From an uncultured Planctomycetaceae bacterium (lineage in GTDB: Bacteria > Planctomycetota > Planctomycetia > Isosphaerales > Isosphaeraceae), in contig CAWIAD010000002.1 in assembly GCA_963833985.1 (NCBI GenBank), positions 5,280,001 to 5,344,000 of the forward strand: a stretch of DNA of 64,000 nt. The letters run 5' to 3'. The notes under the pieces are model-generated. The model was given only the letters and a program-made list of their open reading frames with translations, was not told where the DNA came from and did no database searches. Position numbers and translations under genes: made by a program. Positions within the stretch are counted from its first letter, which is position 1, and each line of letters opens with the position of its first letter. Positions 52,887 through 63,035 of the stretch are shown in pieces.

Positions 52887-55800
52887 TTACCGCCAACGTT
52901 TCCGGAACGGCACGAAAAGCTTCCTCGTCCTGGATGTGGGGGCCGGCGGCGGAGGCGGAGGCGGCGGAGGCGGCGTCTGTGCCATCCATTCATTGAGCGC
53001 CTGCAAGCGGACCGCATCGCACTGGGCATCCTGGTTGGTCGTGGCCGCCTTGGTATAAGTCTGCCCGGGCGTGGCCAGGCAACGGCGGTTGACGAACCCT
53101 CCGTTCGAGCCATCGCCCTTGCCCGGTTTCTGCCCGGGCCAGTGCTTGAGCCCCCAGTTGTTCGAGTAGCTGTAATAGATGGAGTAGGAATAGAGGTTGA
53201 TGCCGGGGAACCCGGCGCTCTGGAACAAGGCGTACATATCTTTCTCAATGATCAGCCAGTTCGGGTCATAGGGCATGTCGCGCGAGCGGGGGGTCACGTT
53301 GCCGGCAGCGGCCGGCACGCCCGTCTCGAACCCGCCCTCATATCCCCAGAATCCAGCAGACGTTCCCATCGCGGCGTTATAGGCCGCCAGGGTGGACGCA
53401 TTTCCCGCCATGAAGGCCTGGAAACCCTGTGTGTTGTAGTAGAGGTCATGAATCCAGAGGTCGATCGCCTGCTGGATGTCGGCGCTGTTCCAGGCCGCCA
53501 CACTCGCCGCCGAGTTGTCGGGATCGATGTACGGTGCCAGGCCCAGGGCATCGATCGTCACCGAGTTCGCCTGTGCCTGCGCAAGCTGCATCTGCGCATT
53601 GCCTGGCGCGGAGTACTGGCAATTGATGAGCGCCTGGATCTCTCCCGCGCGGCTGCCGAACACATTGCGATAGATCGCCCGGATCTGCCCGGTACGGATC
53701 ACGTACCAGGCGTAGGGGCTTGAATACCCCGCGAACCGGCTTATCAGCGTGATCTGGCCGTACTGGATCTGGGCAAAGTTCCACGGCTCATCGGAGAGTT
53801 CCAGGTAGATCTTGCGGCCCGCCGGGAAGTTGGCCAGGTCCTTGTTAGCCATCGCGTACACGTAGCTATCGGTAGCGATGAGGGGGATGTTGCGGTGCAA
53901 GTTGCAGCCCCCCACCGATCCGGTCACCATGGCGGTGAACTCGGGTGGGAAGCCGATATCCGGCATGGCGAAATACGTGGTATTGGTGGCCGGATTGAGC
54001 GTGTAGGTTTGGGTCAGCGTGGTCGTGCTCGTCGACGTGTTGTACCAGAGCTGGAAGAAGGAGTTCGGCCCGGTCACCCAGACAGGCTGGCTGCCTCCGG
54101 TGATGTTGAAGCTTGTGCCGTCTGTCGTCGTGAACTGCGGAAAACTTCCCCCCGGAGCGATCTGGAGCCCGGACTTGAGCCCATGGGGGTTCTGCGTGAC
54201 AAACTCCACGACCTGGGTGTTCACTCCGCCCAGGTTCGAGAGCGACGTCCAGGCCCAGCGGTTCATGGCGGTGATCGGCTCGCCCGCGGCGTGCGTTACG
54301 GGAGTGGTGCCGGACGATCCCCGCTCCACCACCGCCGTGTTGCCGGAAATCGACTTCACCCGCAACTTTTCCGTGGGGCCGATTTGCAGCAGGATGCCGG
54401 CGAAGAGATCCGTCGGAATTGCCGAAAGGGTGATCGTCTCGAGAGTGCCGACAGCGGGGGCGTCCAGCACTGCGGCACCGAGGGTGACTGCCGAGCCGGC
54501 AACCATGGGCGTCCATGGTGAACCCAGGAAGTCGCCGTAGACATACGGGCTGGTTGCCACCGAAAGCGGCCTGGCGGCGGTGTAGCCAATGGTGTAGGTG
54601 TTATGCAGGCTGTTGTTCCATGAGAAGTCCGTGAGCTGGTGCAGCTCCCACGCCTCGGTCTTGTTCGACATGCCACCGAACGTGTCGGTCGAGTCCAGCC
54701 AGCGCATCGAGCCGATACCGTTTGGTAGATCGGCCAGGAACTGTCCGGACAGCGCGTAGGGTTGGGAACGGTCGAAGGAGAGCGGCGTGCCGGGCGTGTA
54801 GCTGAAATCGCCGGGGGCCAGGATCCAGAGATTGCTGATGTTCGGCGTCTGGCTTGGGCACGTCCACTGGAGACCGATCGGCAGGCTAGCTGATGTCGCC
54901 CCCGCAGGCGCCGAGACCGTGAAGGCGTAGAACTGGCCGACGCCGTTACTTCCGGAATTGCTTACCGATGCAACTGGTGTCACCGTGCACTGCGCCGCGT
55001 TGAGCGACACCATGGCAAGCTGACTGGCCGAGTTCGTGCCGAAGGCGTTGTCGTCGAAGCCGATCGCCCACACGCCGGCGATCCCCGGGTAATTGGTGGA
55101 GTCGATATTGTTGCTCATCCCGGTATAGTCAAGTATCGACAACGTCTCGGTGGGGTGCAGCATCCGAGTGGGGTAGCCGTCGACGGTGTTTGTCGACCCG
55201 GCCTCGGAGGGCGAGAGCCGATAGCGCCAGTTCTTCGGGATGTTGTACAGGGTGCCGTTGGACGCACCGCTGTTGCTGAAGTTCAGTCCGGGGCGAATTG
55301 TTTTGGCGAGAGAGTCCGTCCCGAAGCAAGACATGCCCGTGTAGTTGCTGATCGGCAAGTTCGTGACGGCGTTCACCGACCCCGCGCCGCAAGTCATCCA
55401 GGAGGTCGGGGTCGAGATCGTGACGGTGTCTCCTGGGTTGATCTGCTGGCCGCTTTGCAGGCTTAAGACTGCACACTGGTGGTATCCGGTGACCCACGCG
55501 TTGACACCAGGGCCAATCGGGTTGCCGTTCTGGAAGATGCTGGGTGCGTAGTTCAGTGCGGTGGGATTGACCGGCGTGTTCCCCGAGATGGTGGAGAAGA
55601 AGAAAACGATCGTCTTGCCGCTGGTGCCAACGTAAGCTCTGGAAATCTGGCAGGTTGGAGGAGGCGGTAACGGGTCCTGAACGACCACGTTGCCGACATG
55701 AATTCCGGTCGTGGCGGTGACCGGCGTCGCCTGGAAGTAAGGCCCGACGCCATAAGCGGAGGGCAGCGAGGTCGGCAGGACCGTGAAGGGGTTGACCGGC

Positions 55801-57236
55801 AGCAGTGTGTTCCAGGTGCTGCCGCCGTTGGTCGAGTAGTAAGTCCAGATATCCGCATATCCGGAGTTGCTCTGGTTCGGCTTGACCTGGATCCTGATGC
55901 GCCAGGTCACCCCGACAGCCGGTCCCGCGGTAGACCCTGCGCCGGCGTCCGAACCGTTCTGCACCAGGCGGATTGACCCGACGCCGTCGGCGGGATGGAA
56001 CCGCAGGTAGAGCTGGTTCGAGCCGCTACCCGACGACATGAAGATCATCTGGGCGTACTCAGTCGTCACGGCCGAAAGATAGGCGAGGTCGAACTGGATC
56101 TCCAGCGGTGTGATGGGCGAGCCCGAGATGGCAGGCAGCGCGCCCTGCCAGAGCGACTGGGTATCAGGAGCCGCTGCCTGGAAGGTGCAGCCATTACCGT
56201 CGAGCTGGATGGCCCCGCCGGTGGGCGCTGACCACCCGCCGCCAGACTGGCCGCTGAGAAGCGTGTTGCTGATGTGGCCAGAGATCAAGATGCCCGGGGC
56301 GCCTGTGAAGCTGTCCTGAAGATAGATCCCCGTGGAGATGAAGCTCACAGCGCCCGGGTTGGCCAGGGTCCCGGAGTTCGTGAACGTCCAGGTGATCGTG
56401 TCCGCCGACAGCGGCGTGAACTGCCAGTTGATGGAGCTCTGGGTGCCGTCGCAGGAAATCACGATCGGACTGAAGAGCTGCGCGCCAGAGGGCGTGGCCG
56501 TGATGGTGCCGGTGAATGCTGACCCGGCGGGCGTGAAGTTGATCGTTGCCGATGCGGTCGTTTTCTGATGCCCGCCGCCTGGCATCGCGACCGAGTATCC
56601 GGTGGCCTGTGAAAAGCTCGGGACGTCCTGCACGACCAGGCCGACGATGTGTGTGCCGGTCGTGGCGGTTGCGGCGGTGGCGGTGTTCGCCACGAAGCCC
56701 ACGTTCACGGGCGCGGTCGGGGTGGTTGTGGTGTAGGAGAACAGCGGGTTCCACGGACCGCCGTTGATCGTCGCGTACCTGGCCGTGAACGTCGTGTTGC
56801 CGCCAGAGGTCGAGACATCGACCTTGATCCACCACTTCTGGCCGACCGCGGGAGAGAGCCCGGTCGACGCCTTCGAGGTTGGACCGTTGTAGAGGCCGAA
56901 GCCGCTGCCATCGGTGAACATCAACTTCCAGTTGTTGGTCGTCGGCGGCTCGGTCGAGAATAGCGTGACGCCGGTCTGGCTGGGGTTGACCGCGGTCATG
57001 CGGTAGACCGCGAAGAGCACCTCGAAGTTGACCGTTCCGGGCATCGCGGCCGTGCTGAGGATGCTGCTGGGCGCGGTCGTGGACAGATAGACCCCGCCGC
57101 TGCCGTCGAGCGCCAGGCCGTTGCCTCCGTTGGAATGGTTGCTGTCGTTGGGCCAGGCGGCGCCGCTGTCCGAGGTGTGCGCCGAGAGCAGCGTGCCGGA
57201 CGTCCCGCTGAAGGTATCATTCAAATAAACTGCCAT
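52887..57236 (-). CDS. Large virion spike/fibre: two lectin-like beta-sandwich repeats plus a clan GH-A-like catalytic domain
   Basis: About 1450 aa; MRWLD, NIP..ATD.YV, IYLELSDEPWN, GYEGG motifs; poly-Pro linker and basic tail. Confidence 0.65.
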   Translation of the reverse strand: MAVYLNDTFSGTSGTLLSAHTSDSGAAWPNDSNHSNGGNGLALDGSGGVYLSTTAPSSILSTAAMPGTVNFEVLFAVYRMTAVNPSQTGVTLFSTEPPTTNNWKLMFTDGSGFGLYNGPTSKASTGLSPAVGQKWWIKVDVSTSGGNTTFTARYATINGGPWNPLFSYTTTTPTAPVNVGFVANTATAATATTGTHIVGLVVQDVPSFSQATGYSVAMPGGGHQKTTASATINFTPAGSAFTGTITATPSGAQLFSPIVISCDGTQSSINWQFTPLSADTITWTFTNSGTLANPGAVSFISTGIYLQDSFTGAPGILISGHISNTLLSGQSGGGWSAPTGGAIQLDGNGCTFQAAAPDTQSLWQGALPAISGSPITPLEIQFDLAYLSAVTTEYAQMIFMSSGSGSNQLYLRFHPADGVGSIRLVQNGSDAGAGSTAGPAVGVTWRIRIQVKPNQSNSGYADIWTYYSTNGGSTWNTLLPVNPFTVLPTSLPSAYGVGPYFQATPVTATTGIHVGNVVVQDPLPPPPTCQISRAYVGTSGKTIVFFFSTISGNTPVNPTALNYAPSIFQNGNPIGPGVNAWVTGYHQCAVLSLQSGQQINPGDTVTISTPTSWMTCGAGSVNAVTNLPISNYTGMSCFGTDSLAKTIRPGLNFSNSGASNGTLYNIPKNWRYRLSPSEAGSTNTVDGYPTRMLHPTETLSILDYTGMSNNIDSTNYPGIAGVWAIGFDDNAFGTNSASQLAMVSLNAAQCTVTPVASVSNSGSNGVGQFYAFTVSAPAGATSASLPIGLQWTCPSQTPNISNLWILAPGDFSYTPGTPLSFDRSQPYALSGQFLADLPNGIGSMRWLDSTDTFGGMSNKTEAWELHQLTDFSWNNSLHNTYTIGYTAARPLSVATSPYVYGDFLGSPWTPMVAGSAVTLGAAVLDAPAVGTLETITLSAIPTDLFAGILLQIGPTEKLRVKSISGNTAVVERGSSGTTPVTHAAGEPITAMNRWAWTSLSNLGGVNTQVVEFVTQNPHGLKSGLQIAPGGSFPQFTTTDGTSFNITGGSQPVWVTGPNSFFQLWYNTSTSTTTLTQTYTLNPATNTTYFAMPDIGFPPEFTAMVTGSVGGCNLHRNIPLIATDSYVYAMANKDLANFPAGRKIYLELSDEPWNFAQIQYGQITLISRFAGYSSPYAWYVIRTGQIRAIYRNVFGSRAGEIQALINCQYSAPGNAQMQLAQAQANSVTIDALGLAPYIDPDNSAASVAAWNSADIQQAIDLWIHDLYYNTQGFQAFMAGNASTLAAYNAAMGTSAGFWGYEGGFETGVPAAAGNVTPRSRDMPYDPNWLIIEKDMYALFQSAGFPGINLYSYSIYYSYSNNWGLKHWPGQKPGKGDGSNGGFVNRRCLATPGQTYTKAATTNQDAQCDAVRLQALNEWMAQTPPPPPPPPPPAPTSRTRKLFVPFRKRWR

Positions 57237-57342
57237 GGTTCCCGCCAGGGCAAAGCCCTGCACCTACGTGTTGGGGCCCTTGCGAGGCCGTTGGAACAGG
57301 CTCTGCGCCACGCCGCGCGATGGGGCCCGAAGTCCTTGCACA

Positions 57343-58308
57343 TCATTCCTGGCTGGTGGCAACGGCCTGCAGCGCATCGACCAGCGCGGGAGGAGTACCG
57401 TCCGCCAGGATGGTCAGGACGGTCGTGTTCGATTCCTCGCCCACGCCGTTGAAGGCGCGGACCGCCAGCGCGTAGCGTTGCCCGGCGGTCAGGCCGGTCA
57501 GGTTCGCCGTGAAGCAGCCGAACCGCCCGCTGGACCAGGGTACCGTCGCGACAGCCGTCGTATATTCTGGCAGCCCGCCGGTACCCACGTATACGTGAAA
57601 GCCAGTCGGCTGCCTGAGCGGGATGCCGCAGGGACAGCTCCACTCGGCTCGGACGATGCCGCCAGCCGTCGAGAATGCTCGCAAGCCCAGCGGAGCGGGT
57701 GGCACCTGCGTGATGTCGTTGCCGCCGGCGTCGAGCACCAGCTCGACCACCGCATCGATATTCTGCTCTTCCAGGCCGGTGCTCGGGTTGAAGGCCCTCA
57801 CGCCAAGCTTGTAGCTTCCCGGAGCGGTCAGGGTTCCACTTGTCCATGCGGGCCGTGTAACCATTGCCACCGCGCTGGCGTAGCTGATCGGATCGCCAGT
57901 ACCGGAGTTGATGTAGATATGGTAGGCGAGTGATCCCTGGTTGTCCACACCGCCCAGGGCCATCCCGCCGCCCGCGGCGACAGCGTGTGCCGTATGAGCG
58001 GCCGCGGCGCCGGCCAGGGCGGAGCCGCCCCCGCAGGAGACCGAAGCCGCATGGACCGGTAACGCCGTGCCGGCGATGGCCAGTCCGCCACTCGCGGTCG
58101 CACTGGCGTTCTGCCGGACACCCAGCCCCGACGAGCCGAGAGCCACGCCGCCCGACGGCCAGACCACCAGGTGGGTCACGCCGCTGAGGCCCTGAAGCAG
58201 GACCGGGCCGCCAAGGCCCTGCGTGATGAGATTGGGCGCCACCGGGGCAGACCACCCCTGGGTGACGACCTGGCCGCCAAGCAACCCCTGTGCAATGATG
58301 AGGCTCAT
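57343..58308 (-). CDS. FN3 domain virion-associated protein
   Basis: YKLGVRAFN, YALAVRAFNGVGEE, N-terminal xTQGL repeats; TGATG coupling. Confidence 0.7.
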   Translation of the reverse strand: MSLIIAQGLLGGQVVTQGWSAPVAPNLITQGLGGPVLLQGLSGVTHLVVWPSGGVALGSSGLGVRQNASATASGGLAIAGTALPVHAASVSCGGGSALAGAAAAHTAHAVAAGGGMALGGVDNQGSLAYHIYINSGTGDPISYASAVAMVTRPAWTSGTLTAPGSYKLGVRAFNPSTGLEEQNIDAVVELVLDAGGNDITQVPPAPLGLRAFSTAGGIVRAEWSCPCGIPLRQPTGFHVYVGTGGLPEYTTAVATVPWSSGRFGCFTANLTGLTAGQRYALAVRAFNGVGEESNTTVLTILADGTPPALVDALQAVATSQE

Positions 58309-59093
58309 CACGACCTCTGCGTCGGGGTCGAGGCGCTATCGAGCGTGAAGCTTCGGACGACCGTCGCGCCGTCGCCCGCATAGAGCGTCAGCGTCGTGCC
58401 CGAGAGCACCCACCGCCCAAAGCCCTGGGCACGGGCGGCGTTCAGGGCGTCACCAACAGTCTGCGCGGTGTTGGAGGTTGGAATGGACTGTGTCAGGTTC
58501 AGGCTGTAGCCCGTCTTGTCGTTGTTGGTGGTGACGGTCACCCCCGCGGTCACCGAGGCCACCCCGCCGGCCACGTTTCCCCCCACATTCCCCGTCACCG
58601 AACCCACTGCTCCGGTCACACTGCCAACCGAGCCAGTGGTGCTGAAGGCCTGGCTGGCGGCCAGGCTGTAGCCCGTCTTGTCGTTGTTGGTGCCCACCGT
58701 CACGGTCCCTGAGACCGGCACCGCGCCTGCGCTGGGGCTGATCTGCCCCGAGCCGGTGCCGACCGTGAGTAACCCCCCCGCGGCCGCGGGCGCGGCGGTC
58801 GGAAGGTTCTCGAAAGTCACGGTGATGGGCAGGATGACAATGCCCGCGGTCGAGGACCTGCCCGCAAGCGTGCCCACCTGGCACTGCGCCTGCGCGGCCG
58901 TGACTGTTGCCTTGTAGACACCCGGGCAGCTCGCGGCATCAACTTCCGACGCCGTGGGGATGGTGGTGGTGTCCTCGGTGCCGTCGTGTACCCACCGAAG
59001 CGCGTGGTTCGCCGCGTCGCCCGTCTTGCCCACGTTGTTCATCGTGTCCCAGGCAAGGTATTGCAGCGTGACTGTCTGGCCGTAGCTGGGCAT
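58308..59093 (-). CDS. Putative virion structural protein with GSV repeats
   Basis: GGGAGG RBS; GVY Ig-like N-domain, TNNDKTGYSL x2, VGSVTG repeats. Confidence 0.7.
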   Translation of the reverse strand: MPSYGQTVTLQYLAWDTMNNVGKTGDAANHALRWVHDGTEDTTTIPTASEVDAASCPGVYKATVTAAQAQCQVGTLAGRSSTAGIVILPITVTFENLPTAAPAAAGGLLTVGTGSGQISPSAGAVPVSGTVTVGTNNDKTGYSLAASQAFSTTGSVGSVTGAVGSVTGNVGGNVAGGVASVTAGVTVTTNNDKTGYSLNLTQSIPTSNTAQTVGDALNAARAQGFGRWVLSGTTLTLYAGDGATVVRSFTLDSASTPTQRS

Positions 59094-59140
59094 GACCGTC
59101 CCTCCCAAAACATGTGTGCGGTACGCAGGCGGCGAGTCGA

Positions 59141-59975
59141 TCACACGAACTGCTTGAAGAACTCCCAGATCCATAAGGCCGCAGGCACGTCAGCCACGAG
59201 CGGGCCGCCCTTGCCCCCGTCCACGGCGATTCCACCGGGCCACTGGTGGCCACCGCCCGGTAGCTTGTAGAGCACCACCGGGTGTGTGCCGGGGTACGTG
59301 CCGCACTCGTAGTCCGTGCCCGTCGTGACCTGCGTGGGACCGCACTTGTTGACCGTGGTCCAGGCGCCTATGACCTCGGGGATCGGGGTGTGGAAGCAGT
59401 GGTCGATCGAGTGGGCACCGTAGCCACCATTGAACGGGCAGTTCTGATCGAGTATGCCGTGGAAGTGGATCACGGGCATCGGATTATGCGGAGGCGGCGT
59501 CATGATGCCCATATCGCCCGAAACCGGACCAATCGCCGCAACCAACCCCGGCGCCATGCGGGCCAGCTGGTAGCAGAACATCGCGCCGTTGGAAAAGCCC
59601 GTGGCGAAGATGTTCTTGCGGATGATCGGGAACCGCTTTTGCACGTCGTTCACCACCGCTCTGGTGAACTCCACGTCATCGACGTTGTTGCGCGGGCGCA
59701 CCACAGCACGAACCCGCGTTCCAATCGAGCAACGATGTCGCGCCCGGATTCTCGTTGGTTCCGTTGGGGCAGACCAACAGGAATCCGTTGTCGTCCGCGA
59801 CCTTCACAAACCCGCTCTGGCGCTCGAAGCCCGCACCATGGCCGGCGCCGCCGTGAAACCCAAGAACCACCGAGAGCGGAGTGGTCCCGTCCCAGCCGGC
59901 CGGTGTATGGACGATGTAGCTGCGTGTCCTGCCACCCTTGGTCGTCAACTCGTAACTTGGATCCTGAAGGGCCAT
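59141..59975 (-). CDS. PHB depolymerase / LpqC-like esterase, frameshift near 59695
   Basis: FHGGAG, WNAGSCCG, DDVEF, GFSNG, HGILD, GGGHQWPG. Confidence 0.88.
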
Positions 59976-59990
59976 TGAAAACTCCGGCGG

Positions 59991-60659
59991 CTACTTGGCA
60001 CGGCCGCAATTGAAAAGGTGAACGGGTACGATTGGAATGTCACGTACAAGCAGGTTTCCGATGTGCGTGCCGGCCGTGGCGGTCGCGGTGCCGCCGCCGT
60101 TTGGATTGATGACCGGTCCGACGTTCGGCGTGCATGTGACGCCCGATGCCGTGTAGGACAGGAGCGACGTCCAGGGGCCAGAGGTTCCCGCCGTCGCATA
60201 TTTGCACGTAAACGTGACGTTGGCTCCGCTGTAGGTCACGTCGATCTTGATCCACCACTTCACCCCGACCGCCGGCCCGAGCGAGGTTGACGCCGCCAGA
60301 CTCGGGCCATTATAGATCCCGAATCCGGACCCGTCCGTGTAATACAATTTATAGTTGTTTGTTGAAGTGGGTATCGTGTTGAGAATGAGGATGCCAGTCT
60401 GAGCCGGCGGGAGCGCCGTGAGACGCTCGATCCAGTAAACAATTTCAAAGTTGCTGGTTGCCGGCATGACGGCAGAACTCAGATTGCTTGCCCCGGAGGT
60501 TCCCGACGAATTGAAGATGCCGCCGTTGCCGTCCAGGGCAATGACGTTTGAGTTTCCGTGGTTCGCGTCGTTCGGCCAGGTGGCGCCGCTGTCTGCCGAA
60601 TGGGCGGTCAGGAGTGTGCCGGCGGTCCCGGCGAACGTATCAAGCAGGTAGACGCTCAT
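59991..60659 (-). CDS. Single lectin-like beta-sandwich protein, paralog of the N-domain of 52887..57236
   Basis: Colinear similarity visible by eye; GAGG RBS. Confidence 0.8.
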   Translation of the reverse strand: MSVYLLDTFAGTAGTLLTAHSADSGATWPNDANHGNSNVIALDGNGGIFNSSGTSGASNLSSAVMPATSNFEIVYWIERLTALPPAQTGILILNTIPTSTNNYKLYYTDGSGFGIYNGPSLAASTSLGPAVGVKWWIKIDVTYSGANVTFTCKYATAGTSGPWTSLLSYTASGVTCTPNVGPVINPNGGGTATATAGTHIGNLLVRDIPIVPVHLFNCGRAK

Positions 60660-60707
60660 GAAGGGTTCCTCGTGGGCAGGCGGGAACGCCCGCGCAGATC
60701 GACTTCG

Positions 60708-61163
60708 TCACGCGTTCTCGAAGACCGGCGTGAGGCTGAGCGTATCACCGGAGCCGAGCGTGCGCGGCGTGGCGAACGCCTCGGCGCAGATCAGGTTGCC
60801 GGACGTGGCACCGATGATGAAGTAGCCGTAGACCGTGTCGCCGGTCGTGCCGCAGGTCCACACTTGCGGAGCGTTGCCGTACTGGCTGTGCCCGACCTGG
60901 CTGCGGCCGGTCCACGGAGGGCTGCCCGAGGGGGGTTGGCTGACCGGCGTGCTCCACGTGGTGCTGGAGATGCCGCGGGTGAGCGTCATGCGGCTGTAGC
61001 CGGAAAACACGGCCTCATGCGCCGTGTAGGTTGCGGCTGTGTCGGTCTCGCTGGGCGTGATGTTCGTGTTGAACAGCCCGAGCTGCCAGTTCTCCAGAGC
61101 GCCGCCGGCCAGCAAGTCGGTCAGGAGCTGGACGTCGCCTTGATGAGGAACAAGAAGCGCCAT
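60708..61163 (-). CDS. Putative phage virion structural protein
   Basis: LGLF, E...SGYSR, TVYGYFI, PRTLGSGDTL pattern recalled from small phage structural proteins; GAGGTG RBS. Confidence 0.65.
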   Translation of the reverse strand: MALLVPHQGDVQLLTDLLAGGALENWQLGLFNTNITPSETDTAATYTAHEAVFSGYSRMTLTRGISSTTWSTPVSQPPSGSPPWTGRSQVGHSQYGNAPQVWTCGTTGDTVYGYFIIGATSGNLICAEAFATPRTLGSGDTLSLTPVFENA

Positions 61164-61171
61164 GATCGAAT

Positions 61172-61852
61172 TCACCTCACGATTCGTGTACAGAACCAGT
61201 TGGTCGCTTGCGTGTCCGAGCCGCTGGTTCCCCACCGAAGTTGCAGCCGCGCGAGAACCTCGGATAACTCTTGTTTGATCTGAGTGAGCTTGAGCGCGAA
61301 GTCACCTTCACTGCCGCGCGTCTCGCTTGCGTAGCGCTGGGACAGCACGGTGAGCACACAGGCCTGGCGGAGATCGCGCAGATCGTAAACGTCGGCCGGC
61401 GTTCGGCCAGGGATGTTCGGGTCAATCCAGTACCGCCGGTTGAGGTCGAAGCTGGCCTCTTCGATCTGGGGGTCGAAGGTGGCGATCAGGAATTCAACCC
61501 CGGTGAGCCCCGCCGCCGGCGCGGGAGACTGGCCGACGCTCAGAGCGGCCCCCAGACGACGGAGCACAACGCCGCTGTCGGAGGCGCTGTCCACAGCCAG
61601 TAGCTCGCCTCCCCCCTTGAAGACCGTGTTCGGCTTCCTGAGCAGGACCACGTGCTGCTGCGTCACTCCCGCGGCGAGGAAGTCGACCGATGGCGAGCTC
61701 AGGACCCACGGCGATCCGGCGGCGAAGGCGCCGTCGCTGCCGTAGGCCAGCTTCTGCCAGTCCGGGCAGAGCATCGAGAAATCGCCACCAGCACGGATGG
61801 CGATGTTCTCGTCGGTAGCATAAACAGTCGTCAGAGTTGCTGGAGCAGACAT
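61172..61852 (-). CDS. Putative head-tail connector/adaptor-like protein
   Basis: N-terminal YAT..I, IEEASFDLN, LRQAC.L helical pattern; position downstream of the capsid gene. Confidence 0.5.
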   Translation of the reverse strand: MSAPATLTTVYATDENIAIRAGGDFSMLCPDWQKLAYGSDGAFAAGSPWVLSSPSVDFLAAGVTQQHVVLLRKPNTVFKGGGELLAVDSASDSGVVLRRLGAALSVGQSPAPAAGLTGVEFLIATFDPQIEEASFDLNRRYWIDPNIPGRTPADVYDLRDLRQACVLTVLSQRYASETRGSEGDFALKLTQIKQELSEVLARLQLRWGTSGSDTQATNWFCTRIVR

Positions 61853-61953
61853 TGGTGGTGCTCGCCTTGTGGTTTTGCGGTGTCGGGCCGAGGGCCGGAT
61901 GAGGGGAGCGGGGCTGGGACATGCAGTCGGCCCTGCCCCTGCCTCTTGCCTGT

Positions 61954-62702
61954 TCAGGGCAGCACCCAGCGCTGGAGCGGCATGCCGACGGCGGTCATGC
62001 TGCTGCTCACGGCCGCGGGCAAGTTGTTGACAACCAGGCTGCAAGACTCGCCCAGGGCCTGGTTCCAGAGCGCCACGACTCCCTGCCAGCTTGTATGCTG
62101 ACCGATCACCATGCGGCGCTCGATCGGATAGCCGGAGAGGTAGTTGCTCAGGTCTTCACTCAGGCGCTCGAGCGTCTTTTCCGTGATCGGCAGCGGCAGC
62201 AGTGAGTAGATCCGCTGCACATGGGCCCCGGCGCCTGTGGTGTTCTGGTTGGGGGTCGACTGCGTGGGCTGGTCCGCGGGGATGGCGTACGACAGGGCGA
62301 ACGTGGTGCCCGTCACGCCGCTGGCGTACAGCGTCTCGGTGCCACTGGGCAGGTTCGGGTCGGTGAGGTAGATGTTCATCGCCTGGCAGCCGGCGGGGAG
62401 GCTGGGCAAGGTGACCGTCGCCAGGTGCGCGCTGTCGGCCTGTGTGAACTGGCGCTCTCGCTGGTGCCGAGCGTGGTCTCGCCGAACGGGTCGACGAACG
62501 TGTAGGCCACGAAATACGTTCCTACCGGCAGGCTGGAACCGGCCGACGTGATGGACACGGTGGCCTGGGTGGTCGGGTTCGCCTTGGCGACGTTGGCGGC
62601 GATCAGGTTGTCGAGCACGATCTTCAAGCCGCCCGTCTTGTACTGCGCCCAGGTTGTACCGGAGGGCGTGATCACAGGCGGAACATAGGTGTCTCGGGCC
62701 AC
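61954..62702 (-). CDS. Hypothetical virion-associated protein, frameshift near 62430
   Basis: GSSLPVGTYFVAYTFVDPFGET...LPAGCQAMNIY Ig-like pattern across two ORFs. Confidence 0.65.
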
Positions 62703-62705
62703 GGG

Positions 62706-63035
62706 TCAGCCCCTCCGTTTCTTCTCGGTTTTGGTGTGGGTGTTCGTCTCGGTGAGGGCGAAGGCCGGCGCCGGCAGTTCCAGCGCGGTGGTGACTTCCA
62801 GGATCGCCGCATCGGCGCCTTCCAGCGCCAAGGCCAGCGAGTCCCTGGTCGCGACGACGTGTTCCAGTAATTGCCGCTGGCTGACCGGATCAAGCCGAGG
62901 AAGCTGGCCGAGTGCGTCCTGCATCTGAGACAGATGCCAGATCTGCCGGCAGCGGCCTGACTGGTGCAGGTTACGCCCGGTCTCCGCGGCGACTCTCTCG
63001 ATGAACGGCCAGATGCCGGGGAACGTGTATGACAT
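62706..63035 (-). CDS. Hypothetical protein
   Basis: 109-aa co-oriented ORF. Confidence 0.65.
   Translation of the reverse strand: MSYTFPGIWPFIERVAAETGRNLHQSGRCRQIWHLSQMQDALGQLPRLDPVSQRQLLEHVVATRDSLALALEGADAAILEVTTALELPAPAFALTETNTHTKTEKKRRG

Noticed and set aside
56600..60659. Diversity-generating retroelement TR/VR pair
   Set aside because: The duplicated domains differ at all base types and include indels, and there is no reverse transcriptase in the window.
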